A DNA stretch of 64,000 nucleotides, from positions 13,365 to 77,364 of the forward strand of contig DHWF01000012.1 of the NCBI GenBank assembly GCA_002413045.1, given 5' to 3'. This document shows positions 20,263 through 31,251 of this stretch, one piece after another. The notes beneath the pieces were generated by a model, which saw only the letters and a program-made list of their open reading frames with translations, ran no database searches and was not told where the DNA came from. Made by a program: the position numbers and the translations under genes. This DNA is from Chloroflexi bacterium UBA5189 (GTDB taxonomy: Bacteria > Chloroflexota > Limnocylindria > Limnocylindrales > CSP1-4). The stretch's first letter is position 1. Every line of letters starts with the position of its first letter.

Positions 20263-20718
20263 CTACCAAGCGTCGATACGGATCGTCGACTTGCCCGGCT
20301 CGGACAGCCCGAGCCCGTCGACGTCTGAGTCCCGGCGATAGACATTCGCGAGGAGATGGATGCCGTCCATGGTGGCGCTGATCGAACAGGCGAGCCCGCT
20401 GTTGTCATTGATGTCGCAGGTCGGGGCTCCTACCTGTACCGACGTGTAGCCAGCATCGACGATCGCCTGCTTCACGTCGTCTCGGAGATCGGTCAGCTCC
20501 CCCTCCGCCAGGTAGTACCGGTGGACTTGCGGACAGGTGAAGCACATGTCCAGGCCGACTTTCGTAACCGTCTTTATCGCCTCGAATGACGACGGAAGTC
20601 GCAGAGCATCGATCGCGGCCACGTAGGGCTTTACATCGCCACAGCCGGCGACGGCAAGGGCGAGCACCATCGCAGCGCTGGCTTTCCGAGCTAATGACAT
20701 CGAGCCCATCCGACTCAT
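20263..20718 (-). CDS. Small lipoprotein, hypothetical
   Basis: Signal peptide with lipobox 'LAVAGC'. The mature part contains several Cys residues. No family was recognised. Confidence 0.6.
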   Translation of the reverse strand: MSRMGSMSLARKASAAMVLALAVAGCGDVKPYVAAIDALRLPSSFEAIKTVTKVGLDMCFTCPQVHRYYLAEGELTDLRDDVKQAIVDAGYTSVQVGAPTCDINDNSGLACSISATMDGIHLLANVYRRDSDVDGLGLSEPGKSTIRIDAW

Positions 20719-20759
20719 AGGTCAGTCAGCGTCGCCGAATGTCCTGCGTCACGCTCGTG

Positions 20760-21209
20760 TCAGCCCTGTCCGCTCGGCAGGATGTCGCCCACAGGGAAGG
20801 GTCCGGACATCTTGATCCGAACCGCTCTGCCGATTCCGGCGGCAGGGCAGCCGAAGCCCAACTTCTGGTGAGCCTCCAGATGTAGGGTGTATCCGGAGTC
20901 CGAGCGCTGGAACACGAGTGTTGCGTCGCTATCGCACAAGCCGCCGAGCCACACCGCAATGATCGCGCTGGGGTCCGAGGGATCCACCTTCACCGAGAGG
21001 TCGGGCCCGGGGTCGGTGGCAGCCGCCTCGGCCGATTCGATTGCGGTCACAAGGTTGGTCTGGTCGCCCAGCACAACAGGCAGCAGGTAGTCGCCCGCCG
21101 GATTGTCGAGCGACGTGTGGACAAGGGTCGTGCTGAATTGCCGACCAGCCGGTGAGCCACACGCCCCGATCAACGCAGCGAGACTGACGGCGAGTATGAG
21201 GTTCCGCAT
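20760..21209 (-). CDS. Small lipoprotein, hypothetical
   Basis: Signal peptide with lipobox 'LIGAC'. The composition is normal. No family was recognised. Confidence 0.6.
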   Translation of the reverse strand: MRNLILAVSLAALIGACGSPAGRQFSTTLVHTSLDNPAGDYLLPVVLGDQTNLVTAIESAEAAATDPGPDLSVKVDPSDPSAIIAVWLGGLCDSDATLVFQRSDSGYTLHLEAHQKLGFGCPAAGIGRAVRIKMSGPFPVGDILPSGQG

Positions 21210-21212
21210 CAG

Positions 21213-21590
21213 TCAGCGTGACGACACGAGGGACTTCCAGGCCGCTTCATCGCGGCCGGCCGCGAAGCCGTTCTCGATGCGCACGAGGGGGATCTTGAGC
21301 AGGCGTTGGTCGTTGAGCAAACGGGTGGCGAGGTCGGCGTCCGTCATCGACAGGTAGTCGAGTCCGGCGTCGCGCCAGGTCTTGCCCTCGGTGTCGGCGA
21401 GGGCGTGGGCACCGAGGCGCTCGACGAAGCGGCGGAGCTCGCCGGCGGCCATTGGCTTGCGATGAAGATCGACGAAGTGGACCTCCATGCGCCGCTCCTT
21501 GAAGAACCGGAGGGCGGCGCGAGTTGGCTGCGAATCGGGCGTCCCGAAGACCTGCACCAGGGGACCTGCCGGCGCCGCGCCTGACTTCAT
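21213..21590 (-). CDS. ArsC/Spx/YffB family thioredoxin-fold protein
   Basis: This is the C-terminal 125 aa of the track ORF, starting at ATG 21590. 'VQVFGTPDSQPTRAALRFFKERRMEVHFVDL' and 'LLKIPLVRIENG' are present. Confidence 0.8.
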   Translation of the reverse strand: MKSGAAPAGPLVQVFGTPDSQPTRAALRFFKERRMEVHFVDLHRKPMAAGELRRFVERLGAHALADTEGKTWRDAGLDYLSMTDADLATRLLNDQRLLKIPLVRIENGFAAGRDEAAWKSLVSSR

Positions 21591-21657
21591 CGGGCGACAG
21601 CCTACCGGGCGCCCGGCGCGCGGCGCATCGCTACCATCGCCGTTGGAGGTGCGCGCG

Positions 21658-21918
21658 ATGATGGTCTGGTTCACGGTCCAGCTCGAGGACAAGCCGGGCT
21701 CGCTGGCGCGAGTCGCCGCGGCGCTCGGCGAGGCGGGCGTCAACATCACCGGCATCGTCGGCGTGGCCGAGGACACCGATGGCGCACTCATGCTCACGAC
21801 CTCCGACCCCGAGAAGACCCGCGCCGCCTTCGCCAAGCTCGGGCAGGCGTTCGAGGAGCACGGCGGCGACACCCCGGGCATGGACGGGATGACCATCGCT
21901 GACCTTCGCGGCCGCTAG
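21658..21918 (+). CDS. ACT domain protein
   Basis: 86 aa starting at ATG 21658, preceded by a GGAGG Shine-Dalgarno. 'VQLEDKPGSLARVAAALGEAGVNITGI' is an ACT-type beta-alpha motif. Confidence 0.7.
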   Translation: MMVWFTVQLEDKPGSLARVAAALGEAGVNITGIVGVAEDTDGALMLTTSDPEKTRAAFAKLGQAFEEHGGDTPGMDGMTIADLRGR

Positions 21919-21948
21919 CCCGCCGCTGCACCCAGGAACCCTCGCGCC

Positions 21949-22875
21949 ATGCGCATCGCCACCTGGAACGTCAACTCGATGAAGGCCCGGCTCGAGAAGA
22001 TCGAGTGGTGGCTGGAGCGCGCCGCGCCCGACGTCCTGCTGATGCAGGAGACGAAGCTCTCCGACACGGACGCCCCGCTGATGACATTCCAGATGGCCGG
22101 CTACCAGCTCGTCCACCACGGCGAGGGTCGCTGGAACGGCGTGGCGATCGCGGTTCGCGACGGCATCGCGATCGACGAGCCGATCACCAACTTCGGCGAC
22201 GGCCCGGTCCGCAACAGCGGCTCCGGGGCCGCGGTGTCGCTCGAGGAGGAGGACTTCAACCCCTCCGAGGAGGCACGGATGCTGTCGATCCGGGTCACGG
22301 CGCCGGGCGGCGACCCGATCCGCGTCGTAAGCCTGTACGCGCCGAACGGGCGGGTCGTCGACTCGGCCTTCTACGAGGGCAAGCTGCGCTGGTTCGCGCG
22401 GGCGCGCCGCTGGTTGGACGCGGCGCGCGACCCGGGCGAGGCGCTGGTGATCGGCGGCGACCTCAACGTCGCCCCCGCCGACATCGACGTCTGGGATCCG
22501 CGCGCGGTCCACGGCGGGACGCACGTGTCCGAGCCGGAGCGCGTGGCCTTCCGGAATCTGCTCGATTGGGGCCTCGATGACGCTTTTCGCGTGCGCCACC
22601 CCGATGCGCGTGGCCGGTTCACCTGGTGGGACTACCGCGCCGGCAACTTCCACAAGAACTTCGGCATGCGCATCGACCACCTCCTGCCGACGGCCGCGGT
22701 CGCCGATCGGGTCGTGGCGGTCGAGATCGATCGTGAGGCGCGCAAGGGTAAGCCGATCCCATCCGACCACGCGCCGCTCGTGCTCGACCTAGACGAGCCC
22801 GGCCGACCGTTCGATCCTGGCTGGGATGACGCCGAGGCGCGAATCGTTGCCCGCGGCGGCCTCCGACCCCGATGA
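21949..22875 (+). CDS. xthA: Exodeoxyribonuclease III
   Basis: 'MRIATWNVNSMKARL', 'DVLLMQETK', 'GDLNVAP', 'FTWWDYRAG' and 'GMRIDHLL...SDHAPLV' are EEP/ExoIII hallmarks. Confidence 0.92.
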   Translation: MRIATWNVNSMKARLEKIEWWLERAAPDVLLMQETKLSDTDAPLMTFQMAGYQLVHHGEGRWNGVAIAVRDGIAIDEPITNFGDGPVRNSGSGAAVSLEEEDFNPSEEARMLSIRVTAPGGDPIRVVSLYAPNGRVVDSAFYEGKLRWFARARRWLDAARDPGEALVIGGDLNVAPADIDVWDPRAVHGGTHVSEPERVAFRNLLDWGLDDAFRVRHPDARGRFTWWDYRAGNFHKNFGMRIDHLLPTAAVADRVVAVEIDREARKGKPIPSDHAPLVLDLDEPGRPFDPGWDDAEARIVARGGLRPR

Positions 22876-22960
22876 TATGCACGTGGCGCCGCGATCCGAT
22901 CTGGCAGGCCCGGCGTATCGATCTCCTGTAACGAGCACGCCCATTCGCAGGAGGACCTTC

Positions 22961-23581
22961 ATGACCAGCATCGGCCAGGCCCCCGACACGACTCGACGCC
23001 GCCTCGGTGGAGTGGCGGCGCTGTTCGCCTCGGCCGCGCTCATTGCCGCCTGCTCGTCGCAGGCCGGTGGCGCGACCACCCCGCCGGCCGCGACGACACC
23101 CGCCGCGGGCGGCCCCGTCGCCCTCGCCGTCAGCACGAGCCCCACGCTCGGCAGCTACGTCACGGGCTCGAATGGCATGTCGCTGTACGTGTTCGGGAAG
23201 GACACAGCGACGACGAGTGCCTGCGGCACCACCAACAGCTGCCAGACGACCTGGCCGCCGCTCACGGTCGCCAGTGCCTCCGACGTGACCGCGGGCTCCG
23301 GCGTCACCGGCGCACTCGGCACGATCACTCGCACTGACGGCACGCTGCAGGCCACCCTCGGCGGGCACCCGCTGTACTACTACTCCGGCGACAGCAAGGC
23401 TGGCGACACGACAGGCCAGGGGCTGTTCAACCTGTGGTACGTCGCCTCGGCGACCGGCGATCCCAACACCACCGGTGCGGCCGCCTCGGGCGCGCCGGCG
23501 GCCACGGGGGCGCCTGCCGCAACGGGGGCGCCTGCCGCCACGACGTCGGCATCCAAGTGCAGTGGCCAATATTGCTACTGA
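22961..23581 (+). CDS. Lipoprotein of the COG4315 / Lipoprotein_15 family
   Basis: ATG at 22961 follows a GCAGGAGGA Shine-Dalgarno. The lipobox is 'LIAAC'. The repeated family motifs 'GMSLYVFGKD...C...C...WPP' and 'GHPLYYYSGDSKAGDTTGQG' are present. A C-terminal (GAPAAT)x3 repeat is followed by 'KCSGQYCY'. Confidence 0.8.
   Translation: MTSIGQAPDTTRRRLGGVAALFASAALIAACSSQAGGATTPPAATTPAAGGPVALAVSTSPTLGSYVTGSNGMSLYVFGKDTATTSACGTTNSCQTTWPPLTVASASDVTAGSGVTGALGTITRTDGTLQATLGGHPLYYYSGDSKAGDTTGQGLFNLWYVASATGDPNTTGAAASGAPAATGAPAATGAPAATTSASKCSGQYCY
23489..23542 (+). repeat. 18-bp x3 tandem coding repeat (GAPAAT)3
   Basis: The three units are ggcgcgccggcggccacg, ggggcgcctgccgcaacg and ggggcgcctgccgccacg. 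They lie in frame within the lipoprotein gene. Confidence 0.9.
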
Positions 23582-24237
23582 GCGACCTCGACGACGCGGC
23601 CCTGGCCGCCCGCATCGCCACCGGCGATGAGGGAGCGTTCGTGGTCGCGTATGACCGCCATGCCGGGTTCGTCTTCGCGTCGGTCGTCCGCTTCCTGGGC
23701 GATCGCGAGACGGCGAGCGAGGTCGTTCAGGACGCCTTCGTGACCCTCTGGGGGCGGGCTCGCCAGTTCGATTCCGGATCCGGGTCGCTGCTGACCTGGC
23801 TGCTGGCGATCGCCCGCCACCGGGCGATCGACCGGCTTCGGGCGGAGGGCCGTCGACCCAGCCGCGACGCAGTGAGCCTCGATGCCGTTGGCCCGGATGG
23901 CCGCCCGTCCCGATCGACCGAGCGCGGCGAGGCACCCCCGGTGCTCGTCGCCAGCGCCGCAACCGACCCGTCCACGATCGCGACGCGACGCTGGGTCCAG
24001 GCGGTCGTCCGGACGGGCATCGCCGAGCTTCCGGACCAGGAGCGCGAGGTCCTCATCCTCGGCTACGCGCTCGATCTGTCGCAGTCCCAGATCGCGGCCC
24101 GCCTCGACTGGCCAATCGGGACCGTCAAGTCCAGGACCCGGCGTGCGCTCGCCCAGCTGCGTGCGCGCCTCGGCAGCCTGCCCGAGCTGCGCGAAGCCCT
24201 GGATCGCGAGACGCTGACCGTGGGTCTCGACCGATGA
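23572..24237 (+). CDS. ECF-type RNA polymerase sigma factor
   Basis: Region 2 is 'VVQDAFVTLWGRARQFD...LLTWLLAIARHRAIDRLR'. Region 4 is 'LPDQEREVLILGYALDLSQSQIAARLDWPIGTVKSRTRRAL'. The proposed TTG start at 23572 overlaps the lipoprotein stop by 10 nt and is uncertain. Confidence 0.85.
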   Translation: MLLSDLDDAALAARIATGDEGAFVVAYDRHAGFVFASVVRFLGDRETASEVVQDAFVTLWGRARQFDSGSGSLLTWLLAIARHRAIDRLRAEGRRPSRDAVSLDAVGPDGRPSRSTERGEAPPVLVASAATDPSTIATRRWVQAVVRTGIAELPDQEREVLILGYALDLSQSQIAARLDWPIGTVKSRTRRALAQLRARLGSLPELREALDRETLTVGLDR

Positions 24238-25055
24238 CGCACATGGATCATCCCGCCGCCCACGACCGGATCGAGGACCTCCTCCTCGAGCCGACTCGGC
24301 TCGCCGGGCTCGACACCTCCACGGCGCCCGAGGACGTTGCGCTTCGCGACCACGTCGCCGGCTGCGCCGCCTGCCGGGCGGACCTCGAGAGCTGGCGATC
24401 GATCCAGCAGTCGGTCAGCGAGGCCATGCCCGCCTCCGAGGCCGCTGCGCGTACTGCCGTCCAGCCCATCGAGCTGGCGCCCTCGCTGCGGGCCGCGACC
24501 ATCGATGCGATCCGACGGACGCAGCCGCGGTCGGTCGTGACCGTCCTGCGCCCCGTTCGGGAGCGGCCGCGACTCGTCGCGTGGCTGAGCCTCGCGGCAT
24601 CGATCGTGGTCCTGGCCGGCGCCGGCCTCGTCACCGTGGACCAGGTCAACCAGCGAGCCGCGGCACAGGCTGACGCGGGCGCCCTCACCAGCGCGCTTAC
24701 GGCGGTCAATCGCGTCCTCGCCGCGCCGGACCACCGCGCGGTTGCGCTCAAGACGTCCGCAGGCGCGGCGGCCGGGTCCATCTCGTGGTCGAGCCACGAC
24801 CTCGTCGTGCTGACGACGGCGCTCACCCCGCCGGCGAGCGGCCAGCTCTACCGGTGCTGGCTCGAGGACGGCGGCAACAGCGTGCCGATCGGCTGGATGG
24901 ACTTCGCCGGGCCGACGGCGTACTGGATCGGCTCCCTCGACGAGTGGGCGACGTTCCAGATCGGGCCGTCGACGAAGTTCGTGGTGACGCTGGAGCCTGC
25001 CGGCAGCACGACGCGCACGGGCGCGGATGTCCTCTCGGCGGACCTCGGCTCCTAG
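24234..25055 (+). CDS. Anti-sigma factor, ZAS N-domain + TM + RskA-like C-domain
   Basis: It overlaps the sigma gene with ATGA. The H-x3-C-x2-C motif is 'HVAGCAAC'. There is one TM segment ('LVAWLSLAASIVVLAGAGLV'). The C-terminal 'LYRCWLEDGGNSVPIGWMDF' is typical of the anti-sigma-K C-domain. Confidence 0.8.
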   Translation: MTHMDHPAAHDRIEDLLLEPTRLAGLDTSTAPEDVALRDHVAGCAACRADLESWRSIQQSVSEAMPASEAAARTAVQPIELAPSLRAATIDAIRRTQPRSVVTVLRPVRERPRLVAWLSLAASIVVLAGAGLVTVDQVNQRAAAQADAGALTSALTAVNRVLAAPDHRAVALKTSAGAAAGSISWSSHDLVVLTTALTPPASGQLYRCWLEDGGNSVPIGWMDFAGPTAYWIGSLDEWATFQIGPSTKFVVTLEPAGSTTRTGADVLSADLGS

Positions 25056-25068
25056 CCGCGCGCGGCTA
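25053..25068. terminator. Perfect 16-bp GC-rich palindrome between convergent genes (possible bidirectional hairpin)
   Basis: The sequence tagccgcgcgcggcta begins at the anti-sigma stop codon. There is no flanking U-tract, so terminator function is speculative. Confidence 0.25.
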
Positions 25069-25085
25069 CGCGAGAGCCACTTCGG

Positions 25086-26624
25086 TTATCGACCGCGGCG
25101 CGGGTTGTGGCGCCTACCGGGTGCCGCGCCCGCAGCGGTCGCGGCGGCGGCCGTGGCCGCATCGGATGGCGGTGGCACCTCGGGCAGGACCGTTTGCGAG
25201 ACCAGCCCGGATCGGATGATCCGCTGCAGCTCGGCATCGATCGCCGGGTCGGTTTCGGGCGGCACGTAGGCGGCGAGGCGCCGCTCGACCTCGGCGACCG
25301 CCCGCCCGTACGCGTCGAGCGAGCCGGCCTTCGTCCAGTTCTCGCGGTTGTCGCGGTCGTAGACCTTGCCGGGCAGGTACAGCTCCGACGGCCAGTGCTG
25401 GGTCGTGTGGTCGGCCATGATCAGGTGTTGCTCGTCGATGACCTGGTGGACGAGTCGATCGGTCGGCAGGTCGTCGAGGGTCCGGACGTCGCGCACGAAG
25501 CGCAGTGCTTCGCCACACAGCTCATCGTCGAGGACGAGCTTCGGCAGGCTGAAGACAAGCAGGAAGTCGAGCATTCCCGGGCCGGACACCGAGTTCACGC
25601 CCGCGAGCGCGGCGAGGAGCGCGCTCCCGAACGTCTCCGCGCCGGCCTGCGCGTCGACGACCTTCGCATCCGAGAGGGCCATGTACGCCTGCGTCGGGAG
25701 CCCGAGCGACTTCGCCACCTCGACGTAGGCAACGTTGAGCTGCTGGGCCTCGATCGCCGCCATCGGCGAGCTGGCGATCTTCATGTGGAACGTCGCCGGC
25801 GCGCCGCCGAACAGGACCGGCGCTCCAGGCCGGATCAGCTGGGCCATCGTGATGCCGGCGAGGACATCGACAGTGTGGAAGACCGTCGCGCCAACCACGG
25901 TGACCGGCGCGATGAGGCCCATCAGCGTGACCGGCACGATTTCGACCGCGACCCCCGCCTCCACGCAGTCGATGAGGTTCTGGCAGGAGTCCTCGCTGTA
26001 CCGGAAGTTGCCGGTCGCGGTGATCGTGAAGATCGACATCGGGTGGGCGATCAGGTCCGCCCGATCACGCCGGAACAGCTGCATCATCTCGATCATGCGC
26101 AGGGTGCCGTGCTCGGTGAAGGCGCCGGACACGACGGGCCGCTTCGAGTTCGTCAGCGCCAGGTACAGCCGCCAGGCATCCGAGACCTGGGCCTCGATGT
26201 CGGCGTTCGTCGAGAACGCGGTGGCGAGATACGCGATGTGCTCGAGCCCGTCGCCGATCCGGATGTACTCGACGAAGTCGGCGGTGTTGGCGAGGCGCGC
26301 CTCGCCGGTCCGGTGGTCGAGGATCTTGAGGCCGCTGGAGCCCGGGACGAAGTGGACGCGATCGCCGCCGAGGTCCGCGTACGGGTTGCCGTCACGGTCA
26401 TGGAGCACGAACGAGGACGGCGCGGTCGCGATGGCCGCCTCGACGACCTCGCGCGGGAACAGGATCCGCGTGCCGGCGGCGTCCATCGGCAGGCCGTGAT
26501 CGAGGAGCCGCTGCCGGAGCTTCGGGCCCCGGACCTCCATCCCGATCCCGGCGAGCAGGCGCTTTGCCTCCTCGACGATTGACGCGATCAGCTCCGGCTC
26601 GAGGACCTGCACTCGCGGGCGCAC
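25086..26624 (-). CDS. MttB-superfamily (trimethylamine methyltransferase-like) protein, non-pyrrolysine type
   Basis: About 512 aa with no internal stop. Long co-linear similarity to PF06253 is recognised by eye ('[13 protein letters not shown]', '[21 protein letters not shown]', '[13 protein letters not shown]', '[12 protein letters not shown]'). The start is taken at GTG 26624, after the upstream stop at 26635. The C-terminal tail is rich in Ala, Pro and Arg. Confidence 0.8.
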   Translation of the reverse strand: MRPRVQVLEPELIASIVEEAKRLLAGIGMEVRGPKLRQRLLDHGLPMDAAGTRILFPREVVEAAIATAPSSFVLHDRDGNPYADLGGDRVHFVPGSSGLKILDHRTGEARLANTADFVEYIRIGDGLEHIAYLATAFSTNADIEAQVSDAWRLYLALTNSKRPVVSGAFTEHGTLRMIEMMQLFRRDRADLIAHPMSIFTITATGNFRYSEDSCQNLIDCVEAGVAVEIVPVTLMGLIAPVTVVGATVFHTVDVLAGITMAQLIRPGAPVLFGGAPATFHMKIASSPMAAIEAQQLNVAYVEVAKSLGLPTQAYMALSDAKVVDAQAGAETFGSALLAALAGVNSVSGPGMLDFLLVFSLPKLVLDDELCGEALRFVRDVRTLDDLPTDRLVHQVIDEQHLIMADHTTQHWPSELYLPGKVYDRDNRENWTKAGSLDAYGRAVAEVERRLAAYVPPETDPAIDAELQRIIRSGLVSQTVLPEVPPPSDAATAAAATAAGAAPGRRHNPRRGR

Positions 26625-26634
26625 GGGCCGCGCC

Positions 26635-28239
26635 TCAGGACAGCGTGACGCGTTCCCGCCAGTGCGGGATGTGCACCTGGAAGCCAAGGGCGGTGACCTT
26701 CGGCGCGAGCGCGAGCTGCGCCGCCGGGTCGCCGTGGACGAGGTAGACCGTCTTGGGGTAGCCGGGCTGGCCCGGCTGGCGGCCCGTGGCGAAGTTCCGG
26801 ATCCAGTCGAGCAGCTCGGATTCGTCCGAATGCGCCGAGAACCCGCTGATCGACTTGATCTTGCACTTGACCTGCCGGACCTGGCCGTCGAGGCGAACCG
26901 TCGTCGCGCCGGCCTGCAGGTGCGCGCCGAGCGTGCCGACGCCCTGGTAGCCGACGAACAGGATCGTCGCGGCCGGGTCGTCGATGAGGTTGCGCAGGTG
27001 GGACACGACGCGGCCGCCGGTCAGCATCCCGTTCGAGGCGACGATCATGTACGGCCGCGGCGACGTCGCGATCGCCTTCGACTCGTCCGCCGAGCGGGTG
27101 ATCGTCTGCTTCGGGTAGTCGAGCGGCGTGCCCCCGGCGTCGAGGATCTTCTTGGTCTCTTCGTCGTAGAACTCGGGGTGGCGCCGGTAGATGTCCGAGG
27201 CGCGCGAGGCCATCGGCGAGTCGAGGTACAGCGGGAGCAGCGGGATCTTGCCGGCATCGATCAACCGGTCCAGCTCCCACACGATCTCCTGCGTCCGCCC
27301 GATCGCGAACGACGGGATCAGGAGCACGCCACCGGCGTCGCTCGTGGCACGGACCGCGTCGGCCAGCATCTGGACCGCCTCCGCCTCCGGCTCGTGCTCG
27401 CGGCCGCCGTAGGTGGACTCGCACAGCACGTAGTCCGCGCCGGACATCGGCGTCGGGTCGCGCAGGATCGGCGTGTCCGGGCGGCCGAGGTCGCCGGAGA
27501 AGACGACCGTGGTCGTCGGGCCGCCGTCCGTCTCCTGGACCTCGAGGTGGATGATCGCCGAGCCGAGGATGTGGCCCGCGTCGCGGAACGTGGCAGTGAC
27601 GCCCGCCGCAACCTGGACAACCTCGCCGTACCGGACGGGCTTGAACATCGGCATCACGAGCTTGGCGTCGTCCTCGGTGTAGAGCGGCGCGTCGAGGTAG
27701 GACTCGACCGACGGCGGCTGCGCCCGAAGCGTCGTCTCCGGATTGAGCGTGGGAAGCTCATCGGGGTCGGCGCGTGATGGCGGCGCACTCGACATGGGGA
27801 CGTCGCCCTCTTCGGCGCGCTTCGCCTCGGCGACCGCCGCCTCGTACTTGGCCGCCTCGGCGGCGTTCTCCTTGACGGCATCGTCCGGGTGGCGGCGCTC
27901 GAACCGGTCGTGGCGCTTCGCGAACTCCTCCTGGAGGCGCCCGCTGTCGAGCAGCACGATCTCGACGAGCTCCGCCGAGGCGCTCGTCAGGTAGATCGGG
28001 CCCTTGAATCCGTCGCGGACGACCACCGGCAGCAGGCCGCAATGGTCGAGGTGGGCGTGCGTGACCAGGATCGCGTCCAGCGTGGATGGGTCCATGCCGA
28101 GCGGGACGAAGTTGCGGATCGTCTCGTTCGGGCTGCCCTGGAACATGCCGCAGTCGACCAGGACCTTCGCGCGGGCCGTCGTGAGCAGGAAGCGCGAGCC
28201 GGTGACGGTGCTCGCGGCACCGAGGAAGGTCAGGTCCAT
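26635..28239 (-). CDS. MBL-fold beta-CASP ribonuclease (RNase J/CPSF-like)
   Basis: This is the C-terminal 534 aa of the 1244-aa track ORF, starting at ATG 28239 ([10 protein letters not shown]..). '[12 protein letters not shown]', 'HILGSA', 'ESTYG', 'FSAHSD' and 'LVHGD' are the beta-CASP motifs. Confidence 0.88.
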   Translation of the reverse strand: MDLTFLGAASTVTGSRFLLTTARAKVLVDCGMFQGSPNETIRNFVPLGMDPSTLDAILVTHAHLDHCGLLPVVVRDGFKGPIYLTSASAELVEIVLLDSGRLQEEFAKRHDRFERRHPDDAVKENAAEAAKYEAAVAEAKRAEEGDVPMSSAPPSRADPDELPTLNPETTLRAQPPSVESYLDAPLYTEDDAKLVMPMFKPVRYGEVVQVAAGVTATFRDAGHILGSAIIHLEVQETDGGPTTTVVFSGDLGRPDTPILRDPTPMSGADYVLCESTYGGREHEPEAEAVQMLADAVRATSDAGGVLLIPSFAIGRTQEIVWELDRLIDAGKIPLLPLYLDSPMASRASDIYRRHPEFYDEETKKILDAGGTPLDYPKQTITRSADESKAIATSPRPYMIVASNGMLTGGRVVSHLRNLIDDPAATILFVGYQGVGTLGAHLQAGATTVRLDGQVRQVKCKIKSISGFSAHSDESELLDWIRNFATGRQPGQPGYPKTVYLVHGDPAAQLALAPKVTALGFQVHIPHWRERVTLS

Positions 28240-28256
28240 GCGGTCACCGATCGAGT

Positions 28257-30134
<1,878 letters not shown>

Positions 30135-30212
30135 CGATCCTCCGGGTGGCGCCCGCGGATTCTAGCCGTCCGGGCGGCGCCGTCATTCCCGGACCACGGG
30201 TACGCTGTCGCC

Positions 30213-31226
30213 ATGATCCCGAGCACGAAACCGCGCTCCGCCACGCTTGCCGCCGCGCTCGTCTGCATCGCCCTCGCAGGGGTCGCGTGCAATGGCGGCG
30301 CCAGCCCGTCGGCGAGCGGTCCGGCAAGCTCACCTGGCGCGTCGACGACGGCCGCCTGCCAGACCGCACCGAGCGTTCCGGATAACCTCGCCGGCTGGGG
30401 CGCGCCGGCCACGGCCCCGGCCGTCACGCCACTGATCATCGCGAGCCCAGGCGAGCTCGTCTGCGGCCCCAACCGCGTGCTGTTCACGATGCTCGACGCC
30501 TCCGGCGCCCCGATCGGCGCCCCGGATCGAACCGCCAAGGTCGCGTTCTACGACCTGGCCCGGGACCCGAATACCCCAATCGCCACGATCGACGGCACCT
30601 TCGTCTGGGCGATCGAGAGCGAGCGCGGCATCTACGTCGCCAACACCACCTTCCCCGAAGCCGGCCGCTACGGCGCGGAGTTCACGACGGCGGCCGGCGG
30701 CGGTTCGCCCGCGACGATCCGGCTGACGTTCGATGTCCAGCCGAGCTCGCCGGTGATCAAGGTTGGCGACCATGCCCCCGCCTCCAAGACCCCGACCCTC
30801 GCCGACATCGGCGGCGACGTCACCCACATCTCGACGGACGCGACACCCGATCCGGCCTTCTACCAGACCTCGGTCGATCAGGCGCTCGCGGCCCACAAGC
30901 CGTTCGTGCTGATCTTCGCCACGCCGAAGTTCTGCACCAGCGCCCAGTGCGGCCCGACGCTCGACCGGATCAAGCCCTACGTCGCGAAGTACCCGACCGT
31001 GACCTTCATCAACGTGGAGCCGTACAAGCTCAAGCTCGTCGGTGGCGACCTCCAGGCAGACACCGACGCGAGCGGCCAGCTCCAGACCGTGGCGGCGACG
31101 GACGAGTGGCACCTGTTCAGCGAGCCGAACGTGTTCGTCGTAAACAAGGACGGCATCGTCACCGCCAACTTCGAGCTCATCTTCTCCGACGCCGAGCTGA
31201 CCGCCGCCCTCGACGCCATCAAGTGA
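30213..31226 (+). CDS. Thioredoxin-fold (TlpA/redoxin-like) lipoprotein
   Basis: The lipobox is 'LAGVAC'. The C-terminal part, 'KPFVLIFATPKFCTSAQCGP' plus 'VFVVNKDGIV', suggests a redoxin fold with a C-x4-C pair. The exact family is not resolved by eye. Confidence 0.55.
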   Translation: MIPSTKPRSATLAAALVCIALAGVACNGGASPSASGPASSPGASTTAACQTAPSVPDNLAGWGAPATAPAVTPLIIASPGELVCGPNRVLFTMLDASGAPIGAPDRTAKVAFYDLARDPNTPIATIDGTFVWAIESERGIYVANTTFPEAGRYGAEFTTAAGGGSPATIRLTFDVQPSSPVIKVGDHAPASKTPTLADIGGDVTHISTDATPDPAFYQTSVDQALAAHKPFVLIFATPKFCTSAQCGPTLDRIKPYVAKYPTVTFINVEPYKLKLVGGDLQADTDASGQLQTVAATDEWHLFSEPNVFVVNKDGIVTANFELIFSDAELTAALDAIK

Positions 31227-31251
31227 GGCGCACGCCGAACGAGGCGAACGA

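Noticed and set aside
23489-23542. Tandem 18-bp repeats as a possible CRISPR or minisatellite.
   Set aside because: There are only three directly adjacent units with no spacers. They lie in frame inside a lipoprotein gene and encode (GAPAAT)3.
25086-26687. Possible pyrrolysine (in-frame TAG) in the MttB homologue.
   Set aside because: The reading frame is uninterrupted by any stop codon, so this is a non-Pyl member. No pyl genes were seen.
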